NCBI GenBank assembly: GCA_027064425.1
Contig: JAMOPO010000052.1
Coordinates: 32,001 to 96,000, forward strand
Source of the DNA: Methanobacteriota archaeon
GTDB taxonomy: Archaea > JAADCQ01 > Methanopyri > Methanopyrales > Methanopyraceae
Length of the DNA stretch: 64,000 bases
Reading direction: 5' to 3'
The notes under the pieces are model-generated. The model was not told where the DNA came from. It was given only the letters and a program-made list of their open reading frames with translations, and made no database searches. This document shows positions 1 through 9,078 of this stretch, piece by piece. Position numbers and translations under genes: made by a program. Every line of letters begins with the position of its first letter. The stretch's first letter is position 1.

Positions 1-59
1 CGCGAGCGTGACCTCCTCACCGTCCCGATCCGGGGTGACCTCTGCGGCCTGCGTGTCCT

Positions 60-1379
60 TCAGCACGCCCGGTCCCCCCGAGATCGCTCCGATCTGACCC
101 TCGCGGCCTCGGCGTGGTTCGGCAGGCCCTCCCGCGCGGCCAGCTCCTCCACCACGGGGAGCAGGGCCTCGACGTCCGCCTCGTCGAGCCGCTGGTACAG
201 GATGAACTTAAGGAAGTCCCAGGGCCCGAGCGCCCCACGCGCCCGGGCGAACCCGCCCGTCGGCAGCACGTGGTTGGGCCCGGCGGCGTAGTCACCGAAC
301 GGGACGGCGGAGAGGTGACCGACGAAGACCGCGCCCGCGTTCTCGACCCGTGGCAGCAGCTCCTCCGGGCGCTCAACCGAGAGCTGGAGGTGCTCCGGGG
401 CGTACTCGTTCGCCACCCTCACGCACTCCTCCAGCGAGTCCAGAACCACGATCCAACCGTGCTCGTCCAGCGCGCTCGTGACCACGTCCTTCCGGTCGAT
501 TCCACCCTTTAGGATCTCTTCCACGCGGTCCTTCACCTCGCGGGCCAGCTCCTCGGAGTCCGTCAGGAGCACGGCGGAGGACTCCGGGTCGTGCTCGGCC
601 TGCGCGATCAGGTCCCAGGCCAGCCACTCCGGGTCGGCCGACTCGTCCGCGATTATCAGGATCTCCGTGGGCCCGGCCGGCATGTCCACGTCCACGCCGG
701 CCCGCGTGTAGGCCAGAAGCTTCGCGGCGGTGACGTACACGTTCCCCGGGCCCACGATCTTGTCCACGCGCGGGATCGCGTCGGTCCCCACCGCCAGCGC
801 GGCCACCGCCTGCGCGCCACCCACCCGGAAGATCGCGTCCGCGCCCGCAATGTCCGCCGCCACGAGCACCTCGGGCGAGGCTCGCACCGCGTTGTCCGCG
901 GGCGGGGTGCACACGTAGACCCGATCGCATCCCGCCACCTTGGCCGGGATCACCGTCATCAGGGCCGTGGACGGGTACGCGGCCCGCCCCCCTGGGACGT
1001 AGCACCCCACGGTCGGAACCGGCCGGACGAGCACGCCGCACTCGGTTCCCTCCACCGACACCGAGAGGGAGTCCCAGTCCGGGGCGACCTTACGGTGGAA
1101 CTCCTCGATGCGATCCGCCGCGCGCTCGATCGCGTCCAGCGTCGCATCGTCCACGAGCTCCATCGCCCGCTCCACGTCGTCCTCCGACACGCGCAGCTCG
1201 TCCGCCTCGAGCTCGACCCCGTCGAACCGCTCCGTGTACTCCAGCAGCGCCTCGTCACCACGCTCCCGCACGTCCTCGAAGATCTCCTCCACGTCCGGAA
1301 GGACCTCCTCGACGCGCACCTCCGACCGCCTCAGCACCTCCCGGAGCTCCCGCTCGCTAGGATTCACCAGCATCCTCAT
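60..1379 (-). CDS. hisD: Histidinol dehydrogenase
   Basis: YVPGGRAAYPST, DKIVGPGNVYV, DMPAGPTE, AQAEHD, YAPEHL, GDYAAGPNHVLPT motifs. Confidence 0.97.
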   Translation of the reverse strand: MRMLVNPSERELREVLRRSEVRVEEVLPDVEEIFEDVRERGDEALLEYTERFDGVELEADELRVSEDDVERAMELVDDATLDAIERAADRIEEFHRKVAPDWDSLSVSVEGTECGVLVRPVPTVGCYVPGGRAAYPSTALMTVIPAKVAGCDRVYVCTPPADNAVRASPEVLVAADIAGADAIFRVGGAQAVAALAVGTDAIPRVDKIVGPGNVYVTAAKLLAYTRAGVDVDMPAGPTEILIIADESADPEWLAWDLIAQAEHDPESSAVLLTDSEELAREVKDRVEEILKGGIDRKDVVTSALDEHGWIVVLDSLEECVRVANEYAPEHLQLSVERPEELLPRVENAGAVFVGHLSAVPFGDYAAGPNHVLPTGGFARARGALGPWDFLKFILYQRLDEADVEALLPVVEELAAREGLPNHAEAARVRSERSRGDRAC

Positions 1380-2130
1380 CGGCCAGCACCCTCAGCCGCC
1401 GGGAGATGTGCTCCAACACCTCCGCCAGGACCGCGTCGTTATCGTACGCGTCCAGCACCTCCCGGGCCCTCTCCTTATCCATGTTTTCGTACTCGCGAGC
1501 GATCTTCCTCACGCACCTGACCACGTTGTCCACGATCGTGATGTCCGCGTCCCGGGCCGTCCGGGAGAGCGGGTTCAGGTCGATGGCGGCGACCCGCTTC
1601 CCCAGCTCCTTCAACGCCCGCGTCCGGTCCCCATCCTCCAGCGGCACGAGGACGAAGTCCGCCCGGTAGATCCCGCGCTCGTCCACGATCCCTCGGCGGG
1701 AGGAGAGGTTCGGAAGCCGGGTGAGGTGCTCCCGATCCACCCCGAGCACGTCCCGGGCGCCGGCCTCCTCCAGCACCTCGCGGATCCTGCGCGCCCGCTC
1801 CTCCGTGCGGTGGAACAGGTTCACCTCGAGGGGGGCGCCGGTGACCTCGGACAGCTCCACCAGCTCGTCCGGGCACAGCGCGGCCACGTTCCCGTTCACG
1901 GAGATCACCGGGCGCTCCGCGAGGTGGAACGCGGCCGCGGTGGCACGGATCGCGCGGCGCGCCGGCGGGATCGTCCGCTCCCCGATCAGGTAGTCAAACG
2001 CCTCCCCACGCCCGTGCGCGATCAGCCCCTGCGGGACCACGTAACCCTCCTCGAACCCGCTGACCAGACGCTCCCGGATCCGAAGAACCTCCGCCCGGGG
2101 ATGATCAGGAGGAATCTCCTCCACCACCAT
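1357..2130 (-). CDS. 4-phosphopantoate--beta-alanine ligase (archaeal phosphopantothenate synthetase)
   Basis: GLIAHGRGEAFDYLIGE, ISVNGN, VPLEDGDR, IDLNPLSRT; next to coaBC. Confidence 0.93.
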   Translation of the reverse strand: MVVEEIPPDHPRAEVLRIRERLVSGFEEGYVVPQGLIAHGRGEAFDYLIGERTIPPARRAIRATAAAFHLAERPVISVNGNVAALCPDELVELSEVTGAPLEVNLFHRTEERARRIREVLEEAGARDVLGVDREHLTRLPNLSSRRGIVDERGIYRADFVLVPLEDGDRTRALKELGKRVAAIDLNPLSRTARDADITIVDNVVRCVRKIAREYENMDKERAREVLDAYDNDAVLAEVLEHISRRLRVLADEDAGES

Positions 2131-3247
2131 CTCCCCCGAGCCGCTCGATGAGCAGGTCCCGGAGGACCCGGGCCAGCTCGGTCTTGGGACCGCGCACGCG
2201 CTCCACGACCTCCCCGTCGCGGTCCAGGATCCACCACTCCGATTCCTCCGCGCCCAGGGTCTCCGGCGGGTTCGCCACCACCAGGTCGCAGGGGACTCTC
2301 TCCAGGAGCCTCCGCGCGCCCTTCACCGGCTCCGGGTCCACCTTGAACGCCACCTTCACACCGTCGAACTCCGGGAAGACCTCCTCGATGATCTTCGGGG
2401 TCGGAACGAGCTCCACCGTGTGGCGCGACCGGGAGTCTAGCTTCCCCCTCGCCCGCTCCCGGGGTCGGAAGTCCGACGGGGCGGCCGCCATCACGATCGC
2501 GTCGACGTCTCCGACCCGCTTCCGAACCTCCTCCAGCATCTCCTCGGTGGTGCGCACCTCCACCCGCTCGTCCGCTCGGGCCTCCTCTCGCATGGGTCCG
2601 TGGACGAGGATGACCTCGGCGCCCGCGGCGCGGAGCTGCTCGCAGATGCGGGCGGCGGTCTCCCCGGAGCTCGGGTTGGTGATCACGCGAACGTCGTCCA
2701 GGGGCTCGAGGGTGGGGCCGCCGGTGACGAGGATCCTCACCCCGGACAGCTCGCCCTCGACGGCGCGAACGAGCTCCTCCAGCTCGGCCAGCTTGGCCTT
2801 GCCCTCCTCGAGCCGGGGCGGGACGACGACCGCGCCCATTTCTTCCAGCCGCCTGAGGGCGCGGCGGGCCGGGGGCGACCGGTACATGTGCTCGGACATG
2901 GCGGGGGCGACGACCAATCGTTTCCCGGCGCCTAACGATGCGAGCGCGGTGAGGGTGACGGGAGTGTCGGCGATCCCGTACGCGAGCTTGGCCAGGGTGT
3001 TCAGGGTGGCCGGGGCGACCAGCACCGCGTCCGCCCACTCGGCGAGCTCCACGTGCTCGGCCCGCTCCGTAAGCTCGGTGATCACCTCCTCGGCGGCGAA
3101 GCCCAGCGCGTCCCTCCCCACGAACCGTAGGGCCTCCTCCGACGCGACGACCCGGACCTCATGACCCCGCCGGGAGAGCTCCAGGCAGAGGTCGGGGACG
3201 CGATAGGCGGCGACGCTGCCCGTGACGCCGACGACGACGTTAGCCAA
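2105..3247 (-). CDS. coaBC: Phosphopantothenoylcysteine decarboxylase/ligase
   Basis: GVTGSVAAY, APATLNTLAKLAYGIAD, VTGGPTLEPLDDVRVITNPSSG, AAAPSDF. Confidence 0.95.
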   Translation of the reverse strand: MANVVVGVTGSVAAYRVPDLCLELSRRGHEVRVVASEEALRFVGRDALGFAAEEVITELTERAEHVELAEWADAVLVAPATLNTLAKLAYGIADTPVTLTALASLGAGKRLVVAPAMSEHMYRSPPARRALRRLEEMGAVVVPPRLEEGKAKLAELEELVRAVEGELSGVRILVTGGPTLEPLDDVRVITNPSSGETAARICEQLRAAGAEVILVHGPMREEARADERVEVRTTEEMLEEVRKRVGDVDAIVMAAAPSDFRPRERARGKLDSRSRHTVELVPTPKIIEEVFPEFDGVKVAFKVDPEPVKGARRLLERVPCDLVVANPPETLGAEESEWWILDRDGEVVERVRGPKTELARVLRDLLIERLGGDGGGGDSS

Positions 3248-3761
3248 ACGTGACCTCCACCTCCATCCCCGTCAGCTCCTTGATCGCCTCCTGGATCTCG
3301 TCTACCGGCGCCGGCACCCGATTCCGGTCCCGGTGGTGGATGACCGCCTTGTACCGCTTCTCGTCGGGCTCGAACACGATGTTCACGCTGAGCAGCCGGG
3401 CGGGTAGGATCAGGTCCTGTATCACCTTACGCAGCTGCTTGATGTCCTCCGGGTTCTCCACCTCCTCCACGACCCGCACCTTCTTCTCGAGGTGCTCGGA
3501 CAGCGCCCTGGACACCCGGCCCCCCTTGCCGATCAGCTTGCCCGCCATCCCCGGCTTCGTGACCAGGACCACGAGGCTCCCCGTGTCGATGGTCCTCAGC
3601 AGGACCACGTCCTCCAGCGACGGGTACTCCTCCTTCAGCTCCACCAGCTTCTTCGAGACCTCCACGTCCGTCTCCGTGATCTCCCCTTTCTCCAGCTTCT
3701 CCTCGCATCCCGGACAGAGAAGTCCCGTCTTCGCGCACACCTCGCAGATGGGCAGCTCCAA
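3240..3761 (-). CDS. NusA-like KH-domain protein with N-terminal Cys4 motif
   Basis: PICEVCAKTGLLCPGC; KH GxxG loop LIGKGG. Confidence 0.8.
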   Translation of the reverse strand: MELPICEVCAKTGLLCPGCEEKLEKGEITETDVEVSKKLVELKEEYPSLEDVVLLRTIDTGSLVVLVTKPGMAGKLIGKGGRVSRALSEHLEKKVRVVEEVENPEDIKQLRKVIQDLILPARLLSVNIVFEPDEKRYKAVIHHRDRNRVPAPVDEIQEAIKELTGMEVEVTFG

Positions 3762-3858
3762 GCCGATACCCCCGCGGAGAAGAATCAGGTCGTGGGAGGC
3801 CCGGACTGAGTCGTTAAAAAGTTGACCCGCGGCGCCCAGGGCCCGCGTACCCCATTCC

Positions 3859-3875
3859 CGAAAGCATTATACCGG
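3859..3875 (+). promoter_or_regulatory. Putative BRE/TATA promoter for alba
   Basis: CGAAAGCATTATACC AT-rich island ~45 nt upstream of the alba ATG. Confidence 0.55.
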
Positions 3876-3917
3876 CTTCCCCCAGGCCCCGGACGGGCGC
3901 GAACGGGGGGTGCGAGG

Positions 3918-4199
3918 ATGGCAGAGGAAGAGAACGTCGTCTACGTCGGCAGCAAGCCGGTAATGAACTACGTTTTGGCCTGTATTACGCAGTTCAACGA
4001 GGGTGCTAACGAGGTCCGAATCAAGGCCAGGGGCCGGGCCATCAGCCGGGCCGTCGACGTCGCCGAGATCGTCAGGAACCGGTTCATGCCGGAGGTAGAG
4101 GTGAAGGACATCAAGATTGGAACCGAGGAGCTGGAGACGGAGGAGGGCGACACGGTTAACGTGTCCACCATCGAGATCGTGCTGGAGAAGTCCGTCTAG
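3918..4199 (+). CDS. albA: Chromatin protein Alba
   Basis: [39 protein letters not shown]; ATG at 3918 after GGGGGGTG SD. Confidence 0.97.
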   Translation: MAEEENVVYVGSKPVMNYVLACITQFNEGANEVRIKARGRAISRAVDVAEIVRNRFMPEVEVKDIKIGTEELETEEGDTVNVSTIEIVLEKSV

Positions 4200-4218
4200 C
4201 TCCTCACCGCTCCGCAGC

Positions 4219-4230
4219 TCTTTCTTTCTT
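4219..4230 (+). terminator. Pyrimidine/T-rich terminator after alba
   Basis: TCTTTCTTTCTT just downstream of the stop in a GC-rich background. Confidence 0.5.
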
Positions 4231-4278
4231 CAAGCAACGCCCGGCCCCGACCCCGCCCGGCCGCGCTAATTCTCGACC

Positions 4279-4292
4279 GAAAAACTTATACC
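4279..4292 (+). promoter_or_regulatory. Putative BRE/TATA promoter of the ACDS operon
   Basis: GAAAAACTTATACC ~85 nt upstream of cdhA. Confidence 0.6.
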
Positions 4293-4374
4293 ACCCCTCG
4301 CGGCGGTCCGCCGGGATCTCCCGAAACACCTTTCGCCTTGCCCCGAAGCCCGGCCGCGGCCCGGGTGGTCGTGA

Positions 4375-6657
4375 ATGGCACGATTCAAGCTCGACTTCGA
4401 GGGCATCAAGATCGAGATCGGGAGCGTCGAGAGCTTCGAACCGGAGGGTGAGGGACCGCACCCCTGCCCCTCCCTGTCGGATCTAAAGGACTGGGACCGG
4501 CGGCTGTTCTCCCGGTACAGGATCGCCGCGTTTCCAGTTTGCGACATGTGTTGTCTCTGCACGTTCGGCCGGTGTAACCTCGCGGAGGGAAGGCGCGGGG
4601 CGTGCGGGATCGATCTCCGCGCCAACGTGGCCCGGATGACCACCATCAAGACGTGCATCGGGGCCGCGTGCCACACCAGCCACGCCCGGCACCTGATCGA
4701 GTACATCCTCGAGAACGTCGGCGACGTGGAGATCGACCTCGGGCCCGAGATCGACGTTAAGATGCCCATCTTCGAGACCCTCCTCGGGTTCGAGCCCGAG
4801 ACGATCTCCGACCTGGAGAAGGGGCTCGAGTACATCGAGCGCGAGCTGACCAAGATCCTCGCCTCCGCCCACATGGGCCAGGAGTCCGACCCGCACGACT
4901 ACGAGTCCAAGGCCCTTCACGCCGGTATGCTCGACAACCTCGCGCTCGAGCTGGCCGACGTGGCCCAGATCGTCGCCTTCGACATGCCCAAGGGCGAGTC
5001 CCCGCTGGTCGAGTTCGGCCCCTTCGCGGCGGACGACTCCAAGCCCTGCATCCTACTCATCGGCCACAACGTCGCGCCCGGTACCGAGGTGCTGGACTAC
5101 CTCGAGGAGCGCGGTCTGGACGAGGAGGTCGAGGTCCTGGGCATCTGCTGCACGGCGTGGGACGCGTCCCGGGTCGAGAAGCGCGCCAAGGTCATCGGGC
5201 CGCTCTCCCGGCAGCTACACTACGTGAGGATGGGCATCGCGGACGTGATCATCCTGGACGAGCAGTGCGTGCGGGCGGACATCGTGGAGGAGGCCAAGGA
5301 GGTGGGCAGCCGCGTTATCACGACGCGGGACGTCCTCATGGGCGGCCTAAGGGACGTCACGGACGAGCCCGCGGACAAGATCGTGGAGAAGATGGCGTCC
5401 GGCGAGTGGATGGCCGTGTACATCGAGGACCTCGAGAAGGCGGCGAAGGTGGCGGTCGAGGTCGCGCTCAGGGTCCACGAGGAGCGTAAAAAGGAGGTCC
5501 CGCGGCCCGACCCGGACGAGATCAAGGGTCACGCGGAGCGCTGCCTGGAGTGCGGTGACTGCGAGCGCGTGTGCCCGAACGACCTCCCGATCGTGGAGGC
5601 GATGCGGAAGGCTCGCGAGGGCGACCTCGAGGACCTGGCCGAGCTCTTCTACCGGTGCGTGGGATGCGCTCGGTGCGAGTCGGAGTGTCCCGCGAGGATC
5701 CCGGTGATGAGGATCATCGAGGACGCCTGGCGCCTGAACGTTCGGAGGGAGCGGTACAAGGTCCGGACGGGTCGCGGTCCGATCAAGGACGTGGAGATCC
5801 GGCAGGTCGGCGGCCCGATCGTCATGGGTGACATCCCGGGAGTCGTCGCGTTCGTCGCCTGCCCGAACTACCCGGATGATATCCGCGAGATCGGTAGGAT
5901 GGTCGAGGAGCTCCTCGAGCGGAACTACATCGTGCTCACCTCCGGCTGCACGGCCATGGCCCTGGGGTACTACACGGACGAGGAGGGTAGGACGCTCTAC
6001 GAGAAGTACGAGGACCGGTTCGACGCCGGCTGCCTCGTGAACACGGGCTCCTGCATCTCGAACGCGCACATCCTCGGCGCCTGCATCAAGATCGCCGCGA
6101 TCTTCGCGAAGAAGCCGCTCAAGGGCAACTTCAAGGAGATCGCGGACTACATCATCAACCGGATCGGCGCGTGCGGCGTGCTCTGGGGCGCCATGAGCCA
6201 GAAGGCCCTCGCGATCTCGACCGGGTTCACGCGCTGGGGCATCCCGATCGTCTACGGGCCGGCCGGGCTCAACTACCAGACCCTGTACATCGGCGACCTG
6301 GACGGCGACTGGACCGTGTACGACGCCCGCACGGGCGAGAAGCGCGAGGAGCACTGCCCGATCCACCTCAAGTACGCGGCCGAGGACTGGCGTGAGGCCC
6401 TCGTCCAGGCCGTGAAGCTGTGCATCCGACCCAACGATACGCCGCAGGGCCGGCAGACCAAGCTGCAGAACTACGTGGAGCTGTACAAGAAGTTCTACAA
6501 CGAGCTCCCGCCCGACCTGCCCCTGTACGTGCGCGACGAGAACGACATCCCGCTCACGCTCAAGGACGAGATCATGGAGTACCTGGAGGAGGTCGGCTGG
6601 GAGCCCCGGGAGCCGATCTCCGAGCCCACGCTCCTGGAGGAGAACGCCCGGGGTTGA
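4375..6657 (+). CDS. cdhA: CO dehydrogenase/acetyl-CoA synthase alpha subunit
   Basis: CDMCCLCTFGRC..GACG, GHN, GICCT, DEQC, two CxxCxxCxxxCP ferredoxin motifs, SQKA, RPNDT. Confidence 0.97.
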   Translation: MARFKLDFEGIKIEIGSVESFEPEGEGPHPCPSLSDLKDWDRRLFSRYRIAAFPVCDMCCLCTFGRCNLAEGRRGACGIDLRANVARMTTIKTCIGAACHTSHARHLIEYILENVGDVEIDLGPEIDVKMPIFETLLGFEPETISDLEKGLEYIERELTKILASAHMGQESDPHDYESKALHAGMLDNLALELADVAQIVAFDMPKGESPLVEFGPFAADDSKPCILLIGHNVAPGTEVLDYLEERGLDEEVEVLGICCTAWDASRVEKRAKVIGPLSRQLHYVRMGIADVIILDEQCVRADIVEEAKEVGSRVITTRDVLMGGLRDVTDEPADKIVEKMASGEWMAVYIEDLEKAAKVAVEVALRVHEERKKEVPRPDPDEIKGHAERCLECGDCERVCPNDLPIVEAMRKAREGDLEDLAELFYRCVGCARCESECPARIPVMRIIEDAWRLNVRRERYKVRTGRGPIKDVEIRQVGGPIVMGDIPGVVAFVACPNYPDDIREIGRMVEELLERNYIVLTSGCTAMALGYYTDEEGRTLYEKYEDRFDAGCLVNTGSCISNAHILGACIKIAAIFAKKPLKGNFKEIADYIINRIGACGVLWGAMSQKALAISTGFTRWGIPIVYGPAGLNYQTLYIGDLDGDWTVYDARTGEKREEHCPIHLKYAAEDWREALVQAVKLCIRPNDTPQGRQTKLQNYVELYKKFYNELPPDLPLYVRDENDIPLTLKDEIMEYLEEVGWEPREPISEPTLLEENARG

Positions 6658-7142
6658 GGCCCGTGCCGCTGCCCAAGGACCCGACGCTCATCTACACGAG
6701 CAAGGCCGAGGTCGCCCGGGCCCCGGTCATCCGGAGCCTCCTCTCCCGGGCGGACGAGCCCCTGTTCGTCGTGGGGCCCCGGGCCGTCGAGGACGACGAG
6801 TGGAGGGACCGGGTCGCCCAGCTCATCCGCCGGTTCCGGGCCGGCGCCGTCTGCACGGCCCCGTACGGTGGCGACGACCTGGGCCGCAAGATGGGGATGG
6901 TGGAGCTCGCCACCCTGCTCCAGCGAGACGCCCCCGTCCTCGGCTCGAACCCGGACGTGGTCGTGCTCACGGGCTCCCGAACGGACGTCACGGACCGAGT
7001 ACTCCAGAGCCTTCGGCACGCGCGCCCCGACCTCGTGAAAATCTCGCTGAACCCAGAGTACTGCCCGAGCGCCGACTACTCGCTCCCCACGATGGACATG
7101 GACGACTTCCTCAGGGAGCTGGAGGAGCTCCTGAAGGCGTGA
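6654..7142 (+). CDS. cdhB: CODH/ACS epsilon subunit
   Basis: Follows cdhA; RADEPLFVVG..DVVVLTGS..ISLNPEYCPSADYSLP; start TTG 6654 or GTG 6663. Confidence 0.85.
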   Translation: MRPVPLPKDPTLIYTSKAEVARAPVIRSLLSRADEPLFVVGPRAVEDDEWRDRVAQLIRRFRAGAVCTAPYGGDDLGRKMGMVELATLLQRDAPVLGSNPDVVVLTGSRTDVTDRVLQSLRHARPDLVKISLNPEYCPSADYSLPTMDMDDFLRELEELLKA

Positions 7143-7146
7143 TCCA

Positions 7147-9072
7147 GTGGTACATGGGGGCCGCGATTCAGTGGAATTGGACGACGTCGAGGTCGAGATC
7201 GGCGAACTCATCGTGGAGGAGAAGCCGGAGGGAGAGGCCGAGGGTCCGACCCACCGCGAGCTTATCCACTGGGATCGAACGCTCACCTCGGTCTACGACC
7301 TGGTCGTCGTCCCGGGCGATTCCGAGGAGGAGCGGCGAGGGACGATCCGCACGATCGCCGAACTCTGCTGCAAGGGAGCGGCGACGCTGATCTCCACCGC
7401 CAAGCTAACGGTGGACCTGCTCCGCCAGACGGGCGGGAGGCTGGAACCCGGATTCGAGGCCGAGACTCCCCTCCCCATCTTCGAGACGCTCCTGGACGAC
7501 GCTCCCGAGCGCGCCGCCGATCTCGAGGCGGGACTCTCCTACGCCGAGCGGGAGCTTACGGCCTCGGTCTCAGAGCTCGCACGCTCCCACTCCGTTGAGG
7601 GTTACGAGGCCGTGGCACTGCACGCCGGCACGATCGGTCTCCTCGCGATGGAGATCGCGGACGCTGCCCTCTCCACGGTGATGGATACCCCGGACGCCGA
7701 GGACGTGTTCGAGATCGGGACCGAAAACCTGCCGAACCGCCCCACGGTCCTGCTGATCGGGCACCTACCCCTCATCGGGAGCGTCATCGTGGAGGAGCTG
7801 GGAACGCTCGCAAGACAGGTGGAATTCGTTGGGCTGACCCACACCGCGTGGCCCGACCGTAGCGACCACGTCAGGGTTGTGGGACCACTCTCGATGTACC
7901 GGGAGTACGTCTCCTCCGGCTTTGCGGACGTTGTGGTCGTGGACGGTGCGTGCCCGGGCGAGGACGTGGTTGAGGCGGCCCGCGGCGCCGGGTCCAAGCT
8001 GGTCGCCACCTTCGGGGCCCGCACAGCGGACCTCCCAGACGTCACCGACCAGCCCGTCGAGGAGGCCGTTGAGACGTTGGTCGCAGAGGAGGACGCGGTC
8101 TACGTCGAGGACCCCATCAAGGCCGTTGAGATCGCCGCGTGGGCGGCACTCCGCGTCGAAGGCTCCCGGGACCGCGGGGAACCGCCCTCGAAGAGCTTCC
8201 GAATCGGCCCACCCACCCGGCTCTCGGACGTGATCATCCGGGACGTGGGCGTACCGGTCGTATCCGGTAACATTCCCGGCATAATCGTGCTGCTATCCTG
8301 CCCCGAGAGGTCGGAGGACGTGGAGGAGCCGGTCAAAATCGCCGAGGCTCTTCTGAAGCGCGGCTACCTCGTGCTGGTCCCCGGCTGCCTGGCCATCGCG
8401 CTGGGCTCTTACCGGGACGAGGACGGGAGGTCCCTGTACGAGCGTTACCCGGACTCGCTCCTCCACGTCGGCCCCTGCACGTCCGCCGCGCACCTGGTCG
8501 GCGCCTGCGTCCGTATCGGAGTGATCTTCGGGAAGCTCTCGATCCGAGGGAAGTTCGCCCGGGTCGCCGACTACGTGCTCAACCGAGTCGGAGCCTGCGT
8601 AGTAGCGTGGGGTAGGGAGTTCTCGGAGCACCTGATCGCGGCCGCCTACGGGGTGACCCGGTGTGGGATTCCGGTGGTGATTGGACCGGACCCGGACGCG
8701 GGGTCCCTGCTAGTCGAAAGGGAGCCGAGGGTTATCGACGCTCGATCGGGTGAGGAGGCGGAAGATCCGACCCCGGAGCATCTCCGGTGCGCGGTCTCTG
8801 ACTGGAAGGAGGCGGCGGTCACGGCCGCGCGGCTCTGCATGCGTCCCAACGACACTCCGGAGTGCCGGCAGAGGAAGGTTGAGGCGTACGTCGAGCTGCA
8901 TCGGGAGCTCTACGGGGAGCTGCCGCCCGACCTTGACCGGCTCATCCGAGACGAGAACGACGTTCCCCCGGCGCTCAAGTCCGAGATCCGGGAGCGGTTG
9001 GAAGAGGCTGGATGGACGCCCGGATCACGCGCGTCCGATCCCACGCTGTTACCAGAGGAAAAGCAGGGGTGA
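7147..9072 (+). CDS. cdhA2: Degenerate CdhA paralogue lacking B/D-cluster Cys and the ferredoxin domain
   Basis: Collinear with cdhA (PIFETLL, ALHAG, ADYVLNRVGAC, LCMRPNDTP, DPTLL); start may be GTG 7171. Confidence 0.9.
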   Translation: MVHGGRDSVELDDVEVEIGELIVEEKPEGEAEGPTHRELIHWDRTLTSVYDLVVVPGDSEEERRGTIRTIAELCCKGAATLISTAKLTVDLLRQTGGRLEPGFEAETPLPIFETLLDDAPERAADLEAGLSYAERELTASVSELARSHSVEGYEAVALHAGTIGLLAMEIADAALSTVMDTPDAEDVFEIGTENLPNRPTVLLIGHLPLIGSVIVEELGTLARQVEFVGLTHTAWPDRSDHVRVVGPLSMYREYVSSGFADVVVVDGACPGEDVVEAARGAGSKLVATFGARTADLPDVTDQPVEEAVETLVAEEDAVYVEDPIKAVEIAAWAALRVEGSRDRGEPPSKSFRIGPPTRLSDVIIRDVGVPVVSGNIPGIIVLLSCPERSEDVEEPVKIAEALLKRGYLVLVPGCLAIALGSYRDEDGRSLYERYPDSLLHVGPCTSAAHLVGACVRIGVIFGKLSIRGKFARVADYVLNRVGACVVAWGREFSEHLIAAAYGVTRCGIPVVIGPDPDAGSLLVEREPRVIDARSGEEAEDPTPEHLRCAVSDWKEAAVTAARLCMRPNDTPECRQRKVEAYVELHRELYGELPPDLDRLIRDENDVPPALKSEIRERLEEAGWTPGSRASDPTLLPEEKQG

Positions 9073-9078
9073 GCGCGC

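Noticed and set aside
2105-3247. CoaBC lacking the bacterial LACG cysteine clamp
   Set aside because: The EEGKAK-type loop is usual in archaeal CoaBC as I recall, so not evidence of inactivation
7147-9072. Calling cdhA2 a pseudogene or foreign insertion because of less biased codons
   Set aside because: The frame is intact, the deletions are domain-precise, it is collinear with the adjacent cdhA and there are no mobility genes
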